From Callorhinchus milii (taxonomy: Eukaryota): DNA of 64,000 bases. Shown here one piece after another: positions 1-11,485 of this stretch. Position 1 is the stretch's first letter. Each line of letters starts with the position of its first letter. Made by a program: the position numbers and the translations under genes. Below the pieces are notes generated by a model. The model ran no database searches. It was not told the DNA's origin and worked only from the letters and a program-made list of their open reading frames with translations. The stretch spans positions 92,692,001 through 92,756,000 of the forward strand of contig NW_024704743.1 in NCBI RefSeq assembly GCF_018977255.1. The letters run 5' to 3'.

Positions 1-744
1 GTGCCCATCAGGCTGGAACAAGCACTAGGTGGGCAGAGTATATGCACTACTCACCAGCTGGGAGGATGGTCCGATACAGCAACTTCAAACACATGCAGAG
101 TTTTACACTTCCAATTTTCAGCTACTGGAGTTTTGACACATTTTCATTTTATGGCAACAGATTTTCACCATTATAAATATAAATTGAGCATCAAATTATA
201 GTAAAACAAAGACAGAAGAGCCTTTTTTATTGCAAAATTAAGTTGTAACAAGACAGAACATTTCTTTCAATCCAATGCTTAATTAATATAGTTAATGATT
301 TATTTATTGCATTTTTGTTTTCTTGCCAATTTCTTTTTTAAAGTGAGTTAATGTATTTCCCAAAAGATGTTTGTGCTTTCAATATGATGCAAATAGCACT
401 GTTGGCCTTCAATCTGCAATTGCTCTAGGCATATTGTGCACAAAGTTAACATCTGGGGAACAATCAGATGTTCTTTAGCTTTATATGTTTCCCAGTGTTA
501 ATGTGCTAATGTACTAGACTTACTTTGCAATATCAAGCTTAATAAGGCAATGTCAAAAGAAAGTTAGCAGAAAGTGCTGACATGTTTTCAAAAAGTAATT
601 GAAAATTTCAGGTCAAATTGAGATTAATTTAAACTGCAGTTAAAAAAAATCCGATATGTGGTACCAGTATATCACAAGCTGGTCACATTTGAGTGTTTGG
701 GTTGTGTATGAAAAGTTTCACAACTGTGCTGTTAACATAATAAT

Positions 745-1005
745 AAAAATAATAATATTTTTCAGTTGGGTGGACATCTCAAAGCGCTCCACATGATATA
801 CATGTGCAGTGAACGTGTTTTTTTATAGGAGAAATGTGGCAGCTAAATTACACACAGCAATGTCCCACAAAAAGCCATGAAATGAATGATCAATTTTGTG
901 GATTGTTGGCAACTCCCTTCATTTTTTGAAGTGTCTTGGGATCTTTAATGTCAACTTGAACAGAAAGAAAGGACCTCAGTTAAAGTTTCATCAAAGTGGT
1001 GGCAT
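745..1005 (-). mobile_element. Old Deu-domain SINE fragment (SacSINE1/AmnSINE1-like)
   Basis: ggcagctaaattacacacagcaatgtcccaca and gggatctttaatgtcaacttgaacag motifs are shared with other copies in the window. Confidence 0.7.
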
Positions 1006-1224
1006 ATGATGGAGACTGATATTGGAAACTCCTTGTTGGTCACTATTGGTGTTTGGACATTAATTTTGCAATGAGTTTAACAATATTTTCTGCTTTCACC
1101 ACAGACCTCTTCACACAATCAAAAAGTTGCAAATGACACAGGTCAGTTTAACTATTTGAACCTGAACTACTGAAACGGTGTGTGAGCGTGCGGTTGCTAA
1201 TTCTATCAAACAGCAGTTCATTAT

Positions 1225-1595
1225 CGTGACCTTGGTTGGTTTGCTCTTGCCTCTAGTTAATAAAGTCGTGGGCTTAAGCCCCATGTCAGGACTTGATCTC
1301 ATCACCCAGGCTGACACACCAGCACATTTCAGTATTTTGAATAAATAACAGTATTTTGGATAAAATATTAAACCATGGTCCCATCTGCCTTTTCTTCAGG
1401 TGGACGTAAAAATCCCATGATGTTATTCAAAAAGACAAGTTTTTTCCTGGCCTCCTGGCCAACAGATTAATTGGTCTCTTGAGATATTTCTGGCACAATC
1501 AGCTGCCTCATTTGCCTACAAAAACAATCACTACACTTGACAGTAATTACAGTTTGAGACATTTTGATGTTATAAAGGTGCTCTAAGAATTCAGG
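1225..1595 (+). mobile_element. Old Deu-domain SINE, near full length
   Basis: Degenerate tRNA-like head, core ttaaaccatggtcccatctgcc...caggtggacgtaaaaatcccatg, and an L2-like tail. Confidence 0.7.
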
Positions 1596-1934
1596 TTTTT
1601 CCTTCTCTCCTGAAGGCACAAGCTGATCATGGAATAGGTTTCCACAAATCCCTGGCACTCTTCACAATTTCACCCAAGTGATTGAAGGATGCTTTCAAAG
1701 TACATTGTGTCAGAGCAGAAATCCCGTGGGTCAGTGTGACGTACATTCAGATTCCTTATTAAGAAATCCTATTAGAAATACAGGATGTTAGAACCTATGG
1801 AACCTAATGTGCTTCTATGAAAAAAGGTAACTGTTTCTGACCTTTTCAAATACATCCGGAACAGCAACAAATGAACCATTGAGCCTCGAGAAGCACATCT
1901 TACAATGAATATTAATTGTTGAATCTAGTGCAGT

Positions 1935-2190
1935 GCCTATTCGTCAGGAAGATATCTTAAAGTGCTTCCTGAGATTTACTGTAAGGTATAGTGACTGTGT
2001 GTTTGGCGAACATGGCAGCCAAATTGCACACGGCAATATCCCACAGTCACAAAGTGAGTGACCGGTTTTATTTGGGGCTTGTTAGCCAGAACACTGTAAG
2101 AAACTTCCCTTTCTTTTCCAATAGATTTGTGGGACCTTCAATGTCCATCTGAACAAGCAGATAGGCTTTTGGTTCAATGCTCATCCAAAG
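1935..2190 (-). mobile_element. Old Deu-domain SINE fragment
   Basis: ggcagccaaattgcacacggcaatatcccaca and gggaccttcaatgtccatctgaac motifs. Confidence 0.7.
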
Positions 2191-4005
2191 AATAGATAGA
2201 AACACTGTGGTACAACATGAGTAGTTCTGAATGCTTGAGTATATCTCCCCTTAAAAAAGTTTTCAAGATTGAGTAAGCCAGTTGTCAACTATGACCATGG
2301 TGTCATAAACAAGCGATCGCTGAAGTCTTCAATCTGTGCTACTCACTCAGTAATGGAGGATTACCCAGAAAGAAGAAATCAAATCTGGAGCGAGTAGACT
2401 TAGAAAACATTTACATTTCACCAGTTCCTTATTCTTAGAATAAAATTTATATCTGATTACAGTGATGGGGGCACATACTTATGTACATGTAGCCTATAGC
2501 TCTTGGTTAATGTTGCTACTGCAACCAATGGAACTACACCCTAGCGTGACTCCCAGTATTTTCAGGAGAGGAGTAGAGAATATTAAAAACACAATAAAAT
2601 TGTTGCTTGGTTTCCAAAAACTATTGTTCAGTTCCAGAGAACCACATGTGACATGTGCACTTTTATTTTTAAATTTTGGAAGCTCTGGGTCAGTTGCAAG
2701 GACTGGTGCAATGAGATATTATCATCAATGTCATTGAAGTATTTGTTTGGGTGTTGAGACCTGACAGAGCAGGTTTCCAACGAGCTGCCAGTGCTGAATA
2801 AAAGAAAAGACCAGATTTCTCCTAACAAGCAGTGGAAATAATTGGTTATTTGTTTCCCTGACTGCACGCAGGAAATGCTTCACATTGAAAGGACTGACAC
2901 CAATCGTCGGGTACACACAGACTCATTAAAGGGTATAATAATTGTTTTTAACCATTTGATATTTAAACTGGTTACTGAAAATGTGCAAAAGCAACCACAC
3001 CAGTGCAATTTGCTGCTGAACGCACCTTTTAAGACTTCATTAGTTTGGAATTTGCTTTCATTTCTTACTGCAGCAAATTGAGGTTTAAAAATTCCCAGTG
3101 GATTTAATCAGTTATGATTTACATCTTCCCTATCAAAAACCTTTTGCATCACTTGTTAAAATAAATATAGCACATCGACATTGTACTATACATATGTGAG
3201 GAACAAAAACTAAGATAATTATCATGGAATAAGATATTTATAGGATGCTTGTAATGCCAATGAATCATCAATAGTGTAGCATTGCAGTTGCTATTCCTTT
3301 TAATTAACAGTGAGCTGACAACACTTGCACACAAGACTGTCGCTCTTCCCACATTGAACTGCATGGCAACAGTCAGTGAAAACTTGCAAATTCAAGCACA
3401 ATTGCACCATAACAGTGCATAATAATAGCACAATCAGGTTCAGTTATAGTGCAACATATCAAATTTAACTGGAGCACACTGTCATAATGAATTTGTTTTT
3501 TTTAAATGCAATTGCACAATATATTATTAAAATATTTATGCCATTAATATTATCCACATGATCTATAAAGCAGAACTCAACACTATTCTTGAATTGAATG
3601 CATGTATTCATAGTAGGATGAAATATTGGAAGACTTTTTTCCTCAAATGGATAATCTATGCTAACAGAACGACAATATCTGTCTGCGCTTCAATAACTGA
3701 TTGATGTAGAGAGGTGATTTATACCTCATCGGAAAGGTCTTGTAACTGGGAATGATATGGGCATTTTTTTTGGGGGGGGTATCTCCTATCATGCATGAGT
3801 TATTTCAGTTTTGCTTTTCTCGTTGCAGTTACACCTGGTATACGCCGGGTCAAAGTGGTGCTGTGGCATCATGTGTTACAGAGCTCCTACGTATGTATGC
3901 ATGTAATACATTTACACCTGGTTGCTCGCGCTGGCTGACTGTGGTGCTGTGGCATCTTGTGTCAGAGAGCACGCATGTAGCCAAGCAAAGGGAACAAAAT
4001 AAAGA

Positions 4006-5958
4006 ACAACAACAACAACAACAACAAGATTCCATTTATAGAGCGCCTTTCACGTCAGGAGGACGTCCCAAGGCGCTGTACAGTTGGGTCAGGACCCGAG
4101 CAGGGGGGAAATGGTCAGGGTGAGGGGAGGGAAGGGAGGAAGCGAGGAGGGGGTAGAGAGTCGAGAGGGGAGCTGAAGGCACGGTCAAAGAGAAAGGTCT
4201 TGAGTCCGGCCTTGAAGGAGGAAAGGGAGGAGGCAAGGCGAAGGCACTGGGGGATGGAGTTCCAGAGCCTAGGGACTCAGAGGCTGAAGGCCCGGGCCAC
4301 CAATGGTAGGGCGGTTGGGGCGGGGGATGTGGAGCAGACCGGAGCCAGAGGAACGGAGGGTACGGGCAGGTAGGTAGGGGGATAGTAGGTCAGAGAGGAA
4401 GGAGGGAGCAAGGCCGTGAATGGCCTTGTAGGTGAGGATGAGGATCTTGAATTCGATCCTCTGGGGGATGGGGAGCCAGTGGAGGCGAGCGAGGGTGGGA
4501 GTGATGTGGTCGCGAAGCCTGGTGCGGGACAGTACACGAGCTGCAGAGTTCTGAATGACCTGCAGCTTGTGGAGGGAGGTGCCGGGAAGGCCGGCGAGGA
4601 GAGAGTTCCCATAGTCCAGACTTGAGGTGATAAAGGCGTGGACCAGAGTTTCAGCAGCGTGAGGGGTGAGGTAATGCCGTAGTTTTGCGACATTCCGGAG
4701 GTGATGGAAGGCCGTGCCAGTTGTGGCGCGGATGTGAGGGAGAAAGGACAGCTCAGGGTCGAACAGAACACCGAGGTTCCTGACTGGCTTTGAGAGGTGG
4801 AGAGTGCAGCCTTGGATGCTGATGCTGTCAGCGCCTGAGGTGCGGAGGCGCTGACGTGAGCCAATCAGGAGGGCTTCAGCTTTACGCACGTTGAGCTGAA
4901 GAAAGTTGTCTCTCGTCCAGGACTCGATGTCGGACAGGCAGACTGTCAGGACATCGGTGGTCGTGGAGTTGAGGGTAGAGGAGGAAAGGTAGAGTTGGGT
5001 GTCATCCGCGTACATGTGGAAGTTAACCCCATGTCTGCGGATGATGTCACCAAGGAGGAGCATATAGAGGGTGAAGAGGAGGGGACCGAGGACAGAGCCT
5101 TGAGGGACACCGCACGAGACAGTGCGGGGGCCGGAGGAAAAACCATTCGTGGAGACAAAGTGAAGACGGTGGGAGAGGTACGACCTAAACCACTCAAGGA
5201 TAGGACCTTGAAGGTTTAGGTGGGAGGACAAGCGGTGGAGGAGGATAGCATGGTCGACCGTATCGAATGCTGCCGATAGGTCGAGGAGGACGAGTAGGCA
5301 AAGGGAGCCCTGGTCACAGATGGTCAGGATGTCATTGGTGACCTTGACCAGGGCAGTTTGGAAACCCGACTGAAGGGGTTCGAATAATGAATGGTTGGAG
5401 AGGAAAGAACGCAGCTGGGAGGCGACAACTCGTTCCAGGACCATGGACAAGAAGGGGAGGTTGGAGATGGGCCAGTAGCTTGATACCTGCGATGCATCAA
5501 GGGAGGGTTTTTTCAAGGTGGAAGTGATGGTGGCAGTTTTTAAGGGAATGGGAACAGAGCCAGAGGAGAGGAACAGGTTGACGATGTCTGTGATATGTGG
5601 GGCAAGGAGGTGGAGCTGGGAGATAAGGAGTGGAGTGGGGATGGGGTCAAGGGAGCAGGTGGTGGGTTTCAGGGATAGGATGAGTTTGGTGACAGAGGGT
5701 GGGGAAACGGGTACGAAGGTGTGTAGGGGAGGATGGGTAGGAGTCGGAGTGTGGGAGAGAAGGGGTGGGGAGTAGGTGGATGTTGGAGGGGAAGTGACCA
5801 CGGAGCAAATTCCCTTGATTTTGGATTCAAGGAAATCCAGCATCTCCTCGCAGTGAAGGTTGGAGGAGATGACCTGCGCAGGGTGGCGGTGGGGACGGAG
5901 GAGTCGGGATGTGGTAGAGAACAGTAGCCTGGGGTTGTTCTTCGCCTCCAGGATTATA
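4006..5958 (-). mobile_element. Young 5'-truncated L2-clade LINE (RT region, 3' UTR, (TTG)n tail)
   Basis: RT motifs [27 protein letters not shown] and YADDTQLY, plus the L2-type C-terminus [23 protein letters not shown]. It ends in GCGCCTTGGGACGTCCTCCTGACGTGAAAGGCGCTCTATAAATGGAATC(TTG)n. Many CpGs are retained. Confidence 0.96.
4269..5843 (-). pseudogene. L2 ORF2 reverse-transcriptase frame, 524 aa, defective
   Basis: The frame stays open upstream of the Met to about 5957 ([13 protein letters not shown]...), so the Met is internal. There is no endonuclease domain. There is an in-frame deletion at QSGF^QTALVKV and a frameshift near the C-terminus (GGPGLQ instead of GGRAFS). Confidence 0.9.
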
Positions 5959-7692
5959 CAACAACTTGCATTTATGCCGCGCCTTTCAAATGGGGTAGCA
6001 TTTCGGAGAGCTTACAATACAGACTAGCTTATTGTGCTGTGTCATGCAGATCCACGCTAACTGGAAATGCAGTCCGTCTGGCTATCTACACTGACTGGTT
6101 GACTTCCACTTCTTGTGCACAGTGTGCATGTATGCAACACATGGGAAGTGACATCATTGACTACCCAGAAGTCAGACATTATTTTGTTGCTTTGTCGCTA
6201 TAACATAGCCCTCTGAGCTATTATTAATTTGCGAAAACACCACTTTGCCTATATCGTTAAGACATCTCATTTGCATTAGAAAGAATTGATCATATTTAAA
6301 TTCTGTCTTAAATTGGAAGGCTGAAACAAGATGGGATTTTCAAGCTTCAGAATGGAATGACAGCACTCGGTCATTTAGTGAGTAGTTTTTGTTAATCTGA
6401 CCAGCTGTAAGAGGTCTGGTACCTTGTGGGCATCTGTGTTCCTGTGCTATTGCAGAAATGCTTTTCCCTTGTTGCATGCTGGCAGCTCGGTGAGCTCAGC
6501 GCTCTAATGAGATATTTCAAATCCAAAGGCAGGGTGCACATAACAGATCAAAAAATAGAATGATACTAAGGTCACTTGCACTATAACTGAACTAAAAAAA
6601 NCTATAACAAATTATTGAAAGTATGGAACCAGTCAGTACAGAAGGTCTACTTCGTGAATCCACTGACGTCTCCAGTGGCACAGCATATTGTAGGAAATGA
6701 ATACGTTTGTTCCTAATACAGCAGGAGTTTCATACATATGCAGCAGAATGATACAATTCTGTTTGACATCAGAAAAACATGATCATCACTGCGATATTAA
6801 CCACAATATGCTGAATATCTTGGAGTGTTGTCAGAGATCAGTCTCATTCAGGGAGGTTCAGAGATGGTTTATAAATGGCCTCTGATCCAAGAGATTTCTT
6901 GTTTCTGTTTGTCGTATCACTGGTGAACATATATCACACCTGCAGATTATAATGCAATCTTTGAACATTTACAAAGGGAAATCAATAATTGATCACTGGG
7001 AAACAGCCATTCAGTCAATAGATCCGAAAAGCATTCTGACCTTGACAACAATTAGTCTGAGTTACATGAATGAAAATAATGCATCCCTCTTAATCAATTG
7101 TTAATAGTTACATGACATGAATTTTCAATATGATGACCTTCATAATTCTGTACCAAGTACAGAAGCCATTGTGAGTATGCAAATCAGCATCCAGACTGAC
7201 TAAAAATTAATAACACACTGCCAGCTTCGATGAGCTTCTGTTTTAAATTGTAATTAAGCTTTGAGTGAAAGGAGAGTTTCTTTTGCTCGGAGCAGATACA
7301 CAACTTTTGATTTTTTTTTAAAATGTAATTTCACCAATATTTAGGTAGATCAAAGGGAAGTTGTTCAACATCACTTGCACAGGAACCTAACTTAGAGTGA
7401 AGTTAATTTGCACTTTGAGCGGTTAATTTCCATTTTTCACTTACTGTGAGGCAAGGATTCTAAAAATGTCTTACCCATAGCTTCTCAAAACTTTGAATGA
7501 TTGCCTCTTCTCTGGATAACAACAAATCTCTCAGGTGTAAATTGCATATTAGCCAATGACATGTACAATATTATACTTTATATTTATGAACGTTGCAGTG
7601 GATTCACATTAATATTCCTGCTCTAATAAATACTTTTCTTCACTGACAAAGATGACACTGATTTTGATGTTCATCTCTCTTTGCACATTTTG

Positions 7693-7880
7693 ATATGTAA
7701 CATGGGATTTGCCAAAATGATGCCTCATGATAGTCATGGCTTTGCATTTTGGCAAGATATTGATGTGGAAATGTAGCATTATACTCCACTATGTAAATTA
7801 TATACTAACTTATTACCTATCAATATTAGAAAACCATGATTATCATGAGACATCATTTTGGCAAATCCCATGCTACATAT
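7693..7880. mobile_element. MITE-like element with about 47-bp terminal inverted repeats
   Basis: 7693-7739 (atatgtaacatgggatttgccaaaatgatgcctcatgatagtcatgg) is the near-perfect reverse complement of 7834-7880. TA dinucleotides lie at both ends. Confidence 0.75.
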
Positions 7881-8424
7881 TGATTGGTCATATTTCCCTG
7901 CCACTAGTGTGAAGTGCTTCGAAATATCCTCCTAATGTCAAAGTACCATAAAAATGTAAATTCTATTGCAATATAATGAATGTAATTTGATTTTATATAT
8001 TGAGTTTCATATTTAAAAAAGCTTTACAAAATTATAATTCAAGTGAATATTATAACAACAATAATTTGCACTTATATTGTGCCTTTCACGTGGGGTAGCA
8101 TCTCAGAGCGTTTAAAATATTTTGAGAAATCTGAAAAGTAATCTCAAGTAATCTGAATCAGCAACATTTTACAAAGAATAATGAGATGAGTGGATAGTTG
8201 GTTTGAATTTGGGGGGAAATTCAGATAAGAGGGAAATATAGATAGGATTACTGGGAAAAAGATGCAATGTTTCTTTGATCTAGCAATGACAAGGCTATTT
8301 TATGTCCACATGGATTAAAAGTTAAGATTAAAACACAAAGAATGAAACTTTTTTTGCTAGTCAGCTGGTATTTGACACATGTGGAAACTCATCCCAATGT
8401 TTAAGAGTCTCAAAATTAAACTAC

Positions 8425-8830
8425 TAAGCTAGGATTATTCTCCTTGGAGCAGAGAAGGTTAAGAAGAGAATGAATAAAAGTTTTCAAAATTATGAGGGTC
8501 AGGTGAACAAGGAGAAACTATTTCCACTGGCAGGTGGGTCGGTAATCCGAGGACACCAATTTAAATTAGGTGTTAAAAGAAACAGAGAGGTGAGGAGAAA
8601 TTTTTTTCATACAGCGTGTTTTTTGGATCTGGAATTTTTNGCATGGAAGGGTGGTGGAAGCTGATTCATTAACAGCTTTTCAGAGAGTAGATAATTATTT
8701 GGGGAGGACAAGTTTGCAGGGCTATGGGGAGAGAACGGGGGAGTGGGAATGAATTGGATAGCTCCTTTCAAAGAGCCGGCACAGACACAATGGGCCGAAT
8801 GACCACCTCCTGTGCTGTATAATTCTATAT
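8425..8830 (+). mobile_element. CR1 LINE 3' fragment
   Basis: Degenerate frame LGLFSLEQRRLR...KEKLFPLAGGSVIRGHQFK...EVRRNFF, followed by a CR1-type 3' end (gggccgaatgacc...ctgtgctgtataattctat). Confidence 0.85.
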
Positions 8831-9669
8831 GTACAGTTTCAGTTTGTCTGATGTGGAGTGTGCACCATTTATCTAATTGATAAAGTTCAGGTGCAAGTTT
8901 TCAGCTACCAAGGCTTGGGGGATCTCCAAAGTATCCATTGGGGTACAGCTGGAATTCAACCAGATAATCCATGCACCCTACAATAGCAGAGGACTGCTTC
9001 TCCAGCTAGGCCCACCCTACCTGACAGGGTTATCACGATCATCAGCTTCCAGTAATTATTTGAATTTTCCAAGTGAGGCCTATGAACCAGGTGACTGGGG
9101 ACTGTTTCTAATAACTGGACAGAGTCATGAACTTCATGTGATCTGCAGAACTCGAATCAGCATCTATATACTTCTAGTTTTCTTATTAAGGAATCCAAGT
9201 TGGAAATAAATGCAGATTGGATCCCATTAAACAACACATTTCAGGCTTTGTAACATGTATTGCTGACAACTCATTCATGTACTGTTGTGTAAATGATCCA
9301 AACCACATGACACTTCAAGTAAACAACTCAATTATAACTGCCAATTAAACATTAATAATCATTATATTTACATATTTAAACATTTAAGAAGTAAAAGAAC
9401 TCACCATAGGAAAGTTAATTTGAAGCAAGTATAGAATTTAAGTAACATGAACCTAGAAACAAGTAACATTTTGAACAATTTACATACCTTTGGACACAAT
9501 GATGCTTTGAGGGGCAGACTGAAGCAATGGGTTAAAATACTGGTATTCCACTTTTAATTCCAGCATTAAATTAATGGGTTGAAGTCTTCTGTGGATCTAA
9601 GTGTCTTATGTGAATGGATATAATGATCTCACCCACCATTGGCACTAGATTTAGCAATCTACATACATA

Positions 9670-10410
9670 CATCCTGGAAAATAAAAACCTAAATGGGGTA
9701 GAGGAGCAAAGAGATCTAGGGGTACAAATACCCAATTCATTAAAAGTAGCAACACAGGATAATAAAGACATAAAAAAGGCAAACCAGGCATTGGGGTTCA
9801 TTTCTAAAGGGTTAGAAAAGAAAAGCAGAGAAGTTATGGTAAACTTTTATAGAACCTTGGTTAGACCACACTTAGAATACTGTGTGCAGTTCTGGTCCCC
9901 ACACTATAGAAGAGGTGTAGAGGCACTGGAGAGGATACAAAGGAGATTCACAAGGATGATCCCAGAACTGAGAGGTTATACCCATCAGGAAAGGCTGAAC
10001 ATACTTGGGCTCTTTTCTCTTGAAAAGAGAAAGGTAAGGGGTGACCTGATAGAGGTCTTTAAAATTATGAAAGGTTTTGATCGGGTAAACATAGGCAAGA
10101 TGTTTCCACTTGTGGGGGAGACCAAAACCAGTGGCCATCAATGTAAAATAGTCACAAATAGATCAAATAGGGAAGTTAGAAGAAATGTCTTCACACAGAG
10201 AATAGTGGGAACATGCTATCACAAGGAGTTGGCAAATAGCATAAATGTATTTAAGGGGAAGCTAGATAGGTACATGAGGGAGAAAGGAATAGAAGGTTAT
10301 GCTTAAAGGTTTAGTTGAGGGCAGGAGGAGGCTCATGTGGAGCAATAAACAACGACATAGACCAGTTGGGCCGAATGGCCTGTTTCTGTGATGTATATTC
10401 TAATATATTC
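9670..10410 (+). mobile_element. CR1 LINE 3' fragment (ORF 9614-10306)
   Basis: EEQRDLGV, YRTLVRPHLEYCVQFWSPHY and RGDLIEVFKIMKG motifs. 3' end is gggccgaatggcctgtttctgtg(atattcta)n. Confidence 0.93.
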
Positions 10411-11304
10411 TCAGAGAGATTATGTTTTTGGTCAGATGGTTGTCTGACACAAGTCGAAACCCATCACCATACTTAAGGGAAGCCAAACCAGATTGAGAAT
10501 TCCATGTATGCTACTTACACATGGAAATCTTCCTGTGTCTGGAATAGAATGCACAGTCTTTCCCTGGAGAGACGCACAGTGCTTACCTAATTCTGGGAAG
10601 CATTAGATGCAAGTTGGCAAGAGGCAAGGTTTAGGGACCCCAGAGTTTAAATCAGAGTACTATTGACTTTTACCCACCTAAAACTGCATAGTTTGTCATT
10701 GAAAGCACTGTCTGGCAAGCTTCCCATTGCTTGCCCAACTAGGATAACTCTACCTGTGACAGCTTTGGTTTGCAAGATTAATAGTAGTTGAATGGGAGGA
10801 ATTGCTGTCCCTCCAAATCCGATAGACAAGCCAGATTGGCTGGTCAGTCATCAGCAGCGATGATCTGTCCAACTCAGGAACTGGACAGTGCCACCGAGGG
10901 TTGACTTTATTCAAACATTCCAATGTTAAGCATGTCACCTTGAAACCAGTTACCTTCTCTCCAGGAGAACTGTACCAGCACTGATTGTCGGTGTGGCAAG
11001 AAAAAATGTCACACTGGTTTAGCAGGAGCTGTTTTAAGGTTACTAAAAATAATCTTGTAAATTTAGTGTGCTAAGAGCAGTTGATGCATTGCTTCCTTGA
11101 TTTTCTTCCATTGTGCAAATCTGCTGGTTCCGTTGTGTTTGTTAGTGATTGTCAGACCATAGTCAATCAGTTTCCTCCACTATGAAGAAACCTCATTGAG
11201 GTACACTTATATGAAGCACAACACATATCATTTGGCATAAACCTGCCCCGTGCTAATTGTACTATATGCATTAAAAATCCAATTGGGTATCTAGGAACCA
11301 TAGT

Positions 11305-11485
11305 GGGCTATTATAATCACCTTTCATCTCTGCGATTCTAGTTTCAATCTTGCCCAGAATAATGTTATTATTGTCACTTTGCATAAGAGTCACATGTAAA
11401 ATTAATTTGGACTCAATTAAATTCTTTCTGGGTGTGAGTTCTACTTACATAACTGGGCTTAATGCGGCATTAATTGATGCTCAAT
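11305..11485 (+). mobile_element. Possible highly diverged LF-SINE-like relic
   Basis: cctttcatctctgcgattctagtttcaatcttgcccag ... atgtaaaattaatttggactcaatt ... ggcattaattg resembles the LF-SINE 5' region as I recall it. Not verified by alignment. Confidence 0.35.

Noticed and set aside
3752..4123. ORF with poly-Q (poly-C on the other strand)
   Set aside because: The run is the (CAA)n/(TTG)n L2 tail.
4269..5843. Active or domesticated RT gene, or a retron-like system
   Set aside because: It is an ordinary 5'-truncated L2 with a deletion in a conserved motif and a C-terminal frameshift. The context is eukaryotic.
4277..5927. Overlapping Ser/Pro-rich and Gly/Glu-rich ORFs
   Set aside because: Alternative and antisense frames of GC-skewed L2 sequence.
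6601..8640. Single N bases at 6601 and 8640
   Set aside because: Ambiguous base calls next to homopolymer runs; not biological.
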